From assembly GCA_964016885.1 (NCBI GenBank), contig OZ024745.1:64790001-64854000 (forward strand): DNA of 64,000 bases, written 5' to 3'. The notes under the pieces were generated by a model, which did not search any database, was not told the DNA's origin, and saw only the letters and a list, made by a program, of their open reading frames with translations. This stretch comes from Eledone cirrhosa. Its lineage: Eukaryota. Position numbers and translations under genes: made by a program. This document shows, one piece after another, positions 55,091 through 64,000 of this stretch (the stretch's first letter is position 1; each line of letters begins with the position of its first letter).

Positions 55091-58000
55091 TTTATTTGGG
55101 TGGTCCATTTTTTATTTGGGTGATCCATTTTTTATTTGGGGGATCCATTTTTTATTTGGGTGATCCATTTTTTATTTGGGGATCCATTTTTTATTTGGGG
55201 GATCCATTTTTTATTTGGTTGATCCATTTTTTATTAGGGGGATCCATTTTTTATTTGGGTGATCCATTTTAATTTGGAGATCCATTTTTTGTTTAGGTGA
55301 TCCATTTTATAATTGGGTGATCCATTTTTTATTTGGGGGATCCATTTTTTATTTGGGGGATCCATTTTTTATTTGGGTGATCCATTTTTTATTTTGCTGA
55401 TTCATTTTTTATTTGGGTGATCCATTTTTTATTTGGGGGTCCATTTTTTATTTGGGTGATCCATTTTTTATTTGGGTGATCCATTTTTTAATTAGGTGAT
55501 CCATCTTTATTTGGGTGATCCATTTTTTACTTGGGGGATCCATTTTTTATTTGGGTGATCCATTTTTTATTTTGATGATTCATTTTTTATTTGGGTGATC
55601 CATTTTTTATTTGGGGGATCCATTTTTTATTTGGATGAACCATTTTTTATTTGGGGGATCCATCTTTTATTTGGGTGATCCATTTTTTATTTGGGTGATC
55701 CATTTTTTATTTGGGGGATCCATTTTTTATTTGGGTGATCCATTTTTTATTTGGGTGATCCATTTTTTATTTGGGGGATCCATTTTTTATTTGGGGGATC
55801 CATTTTTTATTTGGGTGATCCATTTTTATTTGGAGATCCATTTTGTATTTGGGTGATCCATTTTTTAATTGGGTGATCCATTTTTTATTTGGGTGATCCA
55901 TTTTTTATTTGGGGGATCCATTTTTTATTTGGGTGATCCATTTTTTATTTGGGTGGTCCATTTTTTATTTGGGTGATCCATTTTTTATTTGGGGGATCCA
56001 TTTTTTATTTGGGTAATCCATTTTTTATTTGGGGATCCATTTTTTATTTGGGTGATCCATTTTTTATTTGGGTGATCCATTTTTTATTTGGGGGATACAT
56101 TTTTTATTTGGGTGATCCATTTTTTATTTGGGGGGTCCATTTTTTATTTGGGGGATCCATTTTTTATTTGGGTGATCAATTTTTTAATTGGGTGATCTAT
56201 TTTTTATTTGGGGGATCCATTTTTTATTTGGGTGATCCATTTTTTAGTTGGGTGGTCCATTTTTTATTTGGGTGATCCATTTTTTATTTGGGGGATCCAT
56301 TTTTTATTTGGGTGATCCATTTTTTATTTGGGGATCCATTTTTTATTTGGGTGATCCATTTTTTATTTGGGTGATCCATTTTTTATTTGGGGGATCCATT
56401 TTTTATTTGGGTGATCCATTTTTTATTTGGGGATCCATTTTTTATTTGGGTGATCCATTTTTTATTTGGGTGATCCATTTTTTATTTGGGGGATCCATTT
56501 TTTATTTGGGTGATCCATTTTTTATTTGGGGGATCCATTTTTTATTTGGGGGATCCATTTTTTATTTGGGTGATCAATTTTTTAATTGGGTGATCCATTT
56601 TTTATTTGGGGGATCCATTTTTTATTTGGGTGATCCATTTTTTAGTTGGGTGGTCCATTTTTTATTTGGGTGATCCATTTTTATTTGGGTGATCCATTTT
56701 TTATTTGGGGGATCCATTTTTTACTAGGGGGATCCATTTTTTATTTGGGTTGATCCCTTTTTTATTTGGGGGATCCATTTTTTATTTGGGTGATCCATTT
56801 TTTATTTGGGGGATCCATTTTTTATTTGGGGGATCCATTTTTTATTTGGTTGATCCATTTTTTATTAGGGGGATCCATTTTTTATTTGGGTGATCCATTT
56901 TAATTTGGAGATCCATTTTTTGTTTAGGTGATCCATTTTATAATTGGGTGATCCATTTTTTATTTGGGGGATCCATTTTTTATTTGGGGGATCCATTATT
57001 TATTTGGGTGATCCATTTTTTATTTGGGTGATCCATTTTTTATTTGGGTGATCCATTTTTTATTTGGGTGATCCATTTTTTATTTGGGTGATCCATTTTT
57101 TATTTGGGGGATCCATTTTTTATTTGGTTGATCCATTTTTTATTTGGGTGATCCATTTTTTATTTGAGGGATCCATTTTATATTTGGGTGATCCATTTTC
57201 TATTTGGGTGATCCATTATTTATTTGGGGGATCCATTTTTTATTTGTGGGATCCATTTTTTATTTGGGGGATCCATTTTTTATTTCGGGGATCCATTTTT
57301 TATTTGGGTGATTCATTTTTTATTTGGGGGATCCATTTTTTATTTGGGTGATCCATTTTTTTTATTTGGGGGTCCATTTTTTATTTGGGTGATCCATTTT
57401 TTATTTGGATGATCCATTTTTTAATTGGGTGATCCATTTTTATTTGGGTGATCCATTTTTTACTTGGGGGATCCATTTTTTATTTGGGTGATCCATTTTT
57501 TATTTTGCTGATTCATTTTTTATTTGGGTGATCCATTTTTTATTTGGGGGATCCATTTTTTATTTGGGTGAACCATTTTTTATTTGGGAGATCCATTTTT
57601 TATTTGGTTGATCCATTTTTTATTTGGGTGATCCATTTTTTATTTGGGGGATCCATTTTTTATTTGGGTGATCCATTTTTTATTTGGGTGATCCATTTTT
57701 TATTTGGGGGATCCATTTTTTATTTGGGTGATCCATTTTTTATTTGGGTGATCCATTTTTTATTTGAGGGATCCATTTTATATTTGGGTGATCCATTTTT
57801 TATTTGGGTGATCCATTTTTTATTTGGGGGATCCATTTTTTATTTGGGGGATCCATTTTTTATTTGGGGGATCCATTTTTTATTTGGGGGATCCATTTTT
57901 TATTTCGGGGATCCATTTTTTATTTGGGTGATTCATTTTTTATTTGGGGGATCCATTTTTTATTTGGGTGATCCATTTTTTTTATTTGGGGGTCCATTTT

Positions 58001-61000
58001 TTATTTGGGTGATCCATTTTTTATTTGGGTGATCCATTTTTTAATTGGGTGATCCATTTTTATTTGGGTGATCCATTTTTTACTTGGGGGATCCATTTTT
58101 TATTTGGGTGATCCATTTTTTATTTTGCTGATTCATTTTTTATTTGGGTGATCCATTTTTTATTTGGGGGATCCATTTTTTATTTGGGTGAACCATTTTT
58201 TATTTGGGGGATCCATCTTTTATTTGGGTGATCCATTTTTTATTTGGGTGATCCATTTTTTATTTGGGGGATCCATTTTTTATTTGGGTGATCCATTTTT
58301 TATTTGGGTGATCCATTTTTTATTTGGGGGATCCATTTTTTATTTGGGGGATCCATTTTTTATTTGGGTGATACATTTTTTATTTGGGGGATCCATTTTG
58401 TATTTGGGTGATCCATTTTTTATTTGGGTGATCCATTTTTTATTTGGGTGATCCATTTTTTATTTGTGGGATCCATTTTTTATTTGGGTGATCCATTTTT
58501 TATTTGGGGGATCCTTTTTTTATTTGGGTGATCCATTTTTTATTTGGGTGATCCATTTTTTATTTGGGGGATCCATTTTTTATTTGGGTGATCCATTTTT
58601 TATTTGGGTGATCCATTTTTTATTTGGGGGATCCATTTTTTATTTGGGTGATCCATTTTTTATTTGGGGGATCCATTTTTTATTTGGGGGATCCATTTTT
58701 TATTTGGGTGATCCATTTTTTATATGGGTGATCCATTTTTTATTTGGGGGGATCCATTTTTAATTTGGGTGATCCATTTTTTATTTGGGGGATCCATTTT
58801 TTATTTGGGTGATCCATATTTTATTTGGGGGATCCATTTTTTATTTGGGTGATCCATTTTTTATTTGGGTGATCCATTTTTTAATTGGGTGATCCATTTT
58901 TTATTTGGGGTATCCATTTTTTATTTGGGTGATCCATTTTTTAGTTGGGTGGTCCATTTTTTATTTGGGTGATCCATTTTTTATTTTGGGGATCCATTTT
59001 TTATTTGGGTGATCCATTTTTTATTTGGGGATCCATTTTTTATTTGGGTGATCCATTTTTTATTTGGGTGATCCATTTTTTATTTGGGGGATCCATTTTT
59101 TATTTGGGTGATTCATTTTTTATTTGGGGGGTCCATTTTTTATTTGGGGGATCCATTTTTATTTGGGTGATCCATTTTTTATTTGGGGGATCCATTTTTT
59201 ATTTGGGTGATCCATTTTTTATTTGGGTTGATCCCTTTTTTATTTGGGGGATCCATTTTTTATTTGGGTGATCCATTTTTTATTTGGGGGATCCATTTTT
59301 TATTTGGGTGATCCATTTTTTATTTGAGGGATCCATTTTATATTTGGGTGATCCATTTTTTATTTGGGGGATCCATTATTTATTTGGGTGATCCATTTTT
59401 TATTTGGGTGATCCATTTTTTATTTGGGTGATCCATTTTTTATTTGGGTGATCCATTTTTTATTTGGGTGATACATTTTTTATTTGGGGGATCCATTTTT
59501 TATTTGGGTGATCCATTTTTTATTTGGGTGATCCATTTTTTATTTGAGGGATCCATTTTATATTTGGGTGATCCATTTTTTATTTGGGTGATCCATTTTT
59601 TATTTGGGGGATCCATTTTTTATTTGGGGGATCCATTTTTTATTTGGGGGATCCATTTTTTATTTGGGGGATCCATTTTTTATTTCGGGGATCCATTTTT
59701 TATTTGGGTGATTCATTTTTTATTTGGGGGATCCATTTTTTATTTGGGTGATCCATTTTTTTAATTTGGGGGTCCATTTTTTATTTGGGTGATCCATTTT
59801 TTATTTGGGTGATCCATTTTTTAATTGGGTGATCCATTTTTATTTGGGTGATCCATTTTTTACTTGGGGGATCCATTTTTTATTTGGGTGATCCATTTTT
59901 TATTTTGCTGATTCATTTTTTATTTGGGTGATCCATTTTTTATTTGGGGGATCCATTTTTTATTTGGGTGAACCATTTTTTATTTGGGGGATCCATTTTT
60001 TATTTGGGTGATCCATTTTTTATTTGGGTGATCCATTTTTTATTTGGGGGATCCATTTTTTATTTGGGTGATCCATTTTTTATTTGGGTGATCCATTTTT
60101 TATTTGGGGGATCCATTTTTTATTTGGGGGATCCATTTTTTATTTGGGTGATCCATTTTTATTTGGAGATCCATTTTGTATTTGGGTGATCCATTTTTTA
60201 ATTGGGTGATCCATTTTTTATTTGGGTGATCCATTTTTTATTTGGGGGATCCATTTTTTATTTGGGTGATCCATTTTTTATTTGAGGGATCCATTTTATA
60301 TTTGGGTGATCCATTTTTTATTTGGGGGATCCATTATTTATTTGGGTGATCCATTTTTTATTTGGGTGATCCATTTTTTATTTGGGTGATCCATTTTTTA
60401 TTTGGGTGATCCATTTTTTATTTGGGTGATACATTTTTTATTTGGGGGATCCATTTTTTATTTGGGTGATCCATTTTTTATTTGGGTGATCCATTTTTTA
60501 TTTGAGGGATCCATTTTATATTTGGGTGATCCATTTTTTATTTGGGTGATCCATTTTTTATTTGGGGGATCCATTTTTTATTTGGGGGATCCATTTTTTA
60601 TTTGGGGGATCCATTTTTTATTTGGGGGATCCATTTTTTATTTCGGGGATCCATTTTTTATTTGGGTGATTCATTTTTTATTTGGGGGATCCATTTTTTA
60701 TTTGGGTGATCCATTTTTTTAATTTGGGGTCCATTTTTTATTTGGGTGATCCATTTTTTATTTGGGTGATCCATTTTTTAATTGGGTGATCCATTTTTAT
60801 TTGGGTGATCCATTTTTTACTTGGGGGATCCATTTTTTATTTGGGTGATCCATTTTTTATTTTGCTGATTCATTTTTTATTTGGGTGATCCATTTTTTAT
60901 TTGGGGGATCCATTTTTTATTTGGGTGAACCATTTTTTATTTGGGGGATCCATTTTTTATTTGGGTGATCCATTTTTTATTTGGGTGATCCATTTTTTAT

Positions 61001-64000
61001 TTGGGGGATCCATTTTTTATTTGGGTGATCCATTTTTTATTTGGGTGATCCATTTTTTATTTGGGGGATCCATTTTTTATTTGGGGGATCCATTTTTTAT
61101 TTGGGTGATCCATTTTTATTTGGAGATCCATTTTGTATTTGGGTGATCCATTTTTTAATTGGGTGATCCATTTTTTATTTGGGTGATCCATTTTTTATTT
61201 GGGGGATCCATTTTTTATTTGGGTGATCCATTTTTTATTTGGGTGGTCCATTTTTTATTTGGGTGATCCATTTTTTATTTGGGGGATCCATTTTTTATTT
61301 GGGTGATCCATTTTTTATTTGGGGATCCATTTTTTATTTGGGTGATCCATTTTTTATTTGGTTGATCCATTTTTTATTTGGGGGATACATTTTTTATTTG
61401 GGTGATCCATTTTTTATTTGGGGGGACCATTTTTTATTTGGGGGATCCATTTTTATTTGGGTGATCCATTTTTTATTTGGGGGATCCATTTTTTATTTGG
61501 GTGATCCCTTTTTTATTTGGGGGATCCATTTTTTATTTGGGTGATCCATTTTTTATTTGGGGGATCCATTTTTTATTTGGGGGATTCATTTTTTATTTGG
61601 GTGATCCATTTTTTATTAGGGGGATCCATTTTTTATTTGGGTGATCCATTTTTATTTGGAGATCCATTTTTTATTTAGGTGATCCATTTTATAATTGGGT
61701 GATCCATTTTTTATTTGGGGGATCCATTTTCTATTTGGAGGATCCATTATTTATTTGGGTGATCCATTTTTTATTTGGGTGATCCATTTTTTATTTGGGT
61801 GATCCATTTTTTATTTGGGTTGATCCCTTTTTTTATTTGGGGGATCCATTTTTTATTTGGGTGATCCATTTTTTATTTTGGGGATCCATTTTTTATTTGG
61901 GTGATCCATTTTTTATTTGGGTGATCCATTTTTTATTTGGGGGATCCATTTTTTATTTGGGTGATCCATTTTTTATTTGGGTGATCCATTTTTTATTTGA
62001 GGGACCCATTTTATATTTGGGTGATCCATTTTTTATTTGGGTGATCCATTTTTTATTTGGGGGATCCATTTTTTATTTGGGGGATCCATCTTTTATTTGG
62101 GGGATCCATTTTTTATTTGGGGGATCCATTTTTTATTTCGGGGATCCATTTTTTATTTGGGTGATTCATTTTTTATTTGGGGGATCCATTTTTTATTTGG
62201 GTGATCCATTTTTTTTATTTTGGGGTTCATTTTTTATTTGGGTGATCCATTTTTTATTTGGGTGATCCATTTTTTAATTGGGTGATCCATTTTTATTTGG
62301 GTGATCCATTTTTTACTTGGGGGATCCATTTTTTATTTGGGTGATCCATTTTTTATTTTGCTGATTCATTTTTTATTTGGGTGATCCATTTTTTATTTGG
62401 AGGATCCATTTTTTATTTGGGTGAACCATTTTTTATTTGGGGGATCCATTTTTTATTTGGGTGATCCATTTTTTATTTGGGTGATCCATTTTTTATTTGG
62501 GGGATCCATGTTTTATTTGGGTGATCCATTTTTTATTTGGGTCATCCATTTTTTATTTGGGGGATCCATTTTTTATTTGGGGGGTCCATTTTTTATTTGG
62601 GTGATCCATTTTTATTTGGAGATCCATTTTGTATTTGGGTGATCCATTTTGTATTTGGGGGATCCATTTTTTAATTGGGTGATCCATTTTTTATTTGGGG
62701 GATCCATTTTTTATTTGGGGGATCCATTTTTTATTTGGGGGATCCATTGTTTATTTGGGTGATCCATTTTTTATTTGGGTGATCCATTTTTTATTTGGGG
62801 GATCCATTTTTTATTTGGGTGATCCATTTTTTATTTGGGTGATCCATTTTTTATTTGGGTGATCCATTTTTTATTTGTGGGATCCATTTTTTATTTGGGT
62901 GATCCATTTTTTATTTGGGGGATCCTTTTTTTATTTGGGTGATCGATTTTTTATTTGGGTGATCCATTTTTTATTTGGGGGATCCATTTTTTATTTGGGT
63001 GATCCATTTTTTATTTGGGTGATACATTTTTTATTTGGGGGATCCATTTTTTATTTGGGTGATCCATTTTTTATTTGGGGGATCCATTTTTTATTTGGGG
63101 GATCCATTTTTTATTTGGGTGATCCATTTTTTATTTGGGTGATCCATTTTTTATTTGGGGGGATCCATTTTTTATTTGGGTGATCCATTTTTTATTTGGG
63201 GGATCCATTTTTTATTTGGGTGATCCATTTTTTATTTGGGGGATCCATTTTTTATTTGGGTGATCCATTTTTTATTTGGGTGATCCATTTTTTAATTGGG
63301 TGATCCATTTTTTATTTGGGGGATCCATTTTTTATTTGGGTGATCCATTTTTTAGTTGGGTGGTCCATTTTTTATTTGGGTGATCCATTTTTTATTTGGG
63401 GGATCCATTTTTTATTTGGGTGATCCATTTTTTATTTGGGGATCCATTTTTTATTTGGGTGATCCATTTTTTATTTGGGTGACCATTTTTTATTTGGGGG
63501 ATTCATTTTTTATTTGGGTGATTCATTTTTTATTTGGGGGGTCCATTTTTTATTTGGGGGATCCATTTTTATTTGGGTGATCCATTTTTTATTTGGGGGA
63601 TCCATTTTTTATTTGGGTGATCCATTTTTTATTTGGGTTGATCCCTTTTTTATTTGGGTGATCCATTTTTTATTTGAGGGATCCATTTTATATTTGGGTG
63701 ATCCATTTTTTATTTGGGTGATCCATTTTTTATTTGGGGGATCCATTTTTTATTTGGGGGATCCATTTTTTATTTGTGGGATCCATTTTTTATTTGGGGG
63801 ATCCATTTTTTATTTCGGGGATCCATTTTTTATTTGGGTGATTCATTTTTTATTTGGGGGATCCATTTTTTATTTGGGTGATCCATTTTTTTTATTTGGG
63901 GGTCCATTTTTTATTTGGGTGATCTATTTTTTATTTGGGTGATCCATTTTTTAATTAGGTGATCCATCTTTATTTGGGTGATCCATTTTTTACTTGGGGG

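Larger units (their letters stand above)
48290..61335 (+). repeat. 6,904/6,144-bp tandem duplication (copy 1 about 48290-55190, copy 2 about 55190-61335)
   Basis: Offset 6904 for 48707/55611 through 51260/58164, then 6144 for 52320/58464 through 54258/60402 (6143 for 54758/60901). Confidence 0.9.
1..64000 (+). repeat. 20-bp satellite DNA tandem array, consensus GATCCATTTTTTATTTGGG(T/G), about 3,200 monomers
   Basis: The motif recurs every 20 bp throughout, with occasional 18-22 bp units from T-run or G-run length changes. No interruption or inversion was seen. The two major monomers differ only at one position (GGGT vs GGGG). Confidence 0.99.

Noticed and set aside
8-63942. About 200 plus-strand ORFs of 60-195 aa encoding (LGDPFFIWVIHFLFGGSIFY)n-like hydrophobic peptides
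   Set aside because: They are translations of a 20-bp repeat with a 60-bp frame cycle. Starts are TTG/GTG within the monomer, and length depends only on where a T-type monomer puts TGA in frame or a 1-bp indel shifts frame. Frameshifting 18/19/21-bp monomers are freely tolerated, so there is no sign of coding constraint.
1-64000. CRISPR array
   Set aside because: Repeats are directly adjacent with no unique spacers, leader or cas genes.
1-64000. Plasmid/phage iterons or a Dam/SeqA GATC cluster
   Set aside because: Iteron and oriC GATC clusters span tens to hundreds of bp beside rep or origin sequences. A 64-kb gene-free array is not compatible with that.
1-64000. Canonical G-quadruplex array
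   Set aside because: G3-G5 runs are separated by about 15-17 nt loops, far beyond the usual 1-7 nt, so stable intramolecular G4 is doubtful without experiment.
1-64000. CArG box (SRF/MADS) sites
   Set aside because: CC and GG are separated by 11 A/T bases, not the 6 required by CC(A/T)6GG.
1-64000. RIP or CpG-methylation decay signature
   Set aside because: The consensus has no CpG and CpA-to-TpA variants (GATCTA) are rare. The frequent GATTCA variant recurs at homologous higher-order positions, so it is inherited by duplication rather than repeatedly mutated.
1-64000. Sequencing artefact, adapter concatemer or rolling-circle amplification product
   Set aside because: Rare substitutions and indels recur in the same order across kilobase blocks with hierarchical divergence, which random error or a single circular template would not produce. 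Individual near-identical duplications still need read support.
1-64000. Embedded transposon, inversion or unique island
   Set aside because: No non-repeat stretch and no reverse-orientation monomer (CCCAAATAAAAAATGG) was seen on reading through the window.

Overview
The whole 64-kb window is one uninterrupted, head-to-tail tandem array of a 20-bp monomer, consensus GATCCATTTTTTATTTGGGK (K = T or G; about 3,200 copies), all in one orientation and running off both ends. I found no unique sequence, transposon, RNA gene, CRISPR spacer or credible protein-coding gene. Every listed ORF is a translation of the repeat (60-bp/20-aa period, nearly all TTG/GTG starts). The information lies in the order of T/G monomers and rare variant monomers. 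These show nested higher-order duplications of about 80, 118, 419, 755, 760, 958, 3,130-3,150, 3,264, 3,450-3,470, 6,144/6,904, ~7,000 and 8,195 bp, plus long-range block re-use at about 36-46 kb. This looks like an actively turning-over eukaryotic satellite (centromeric, pericentromeric or subtelomeric; organism and location cannot be determined here). Offsets were read from matching ORF-track coordinates and marker motifs by eye, so block boundaries are approximate (about one to a few monomers).
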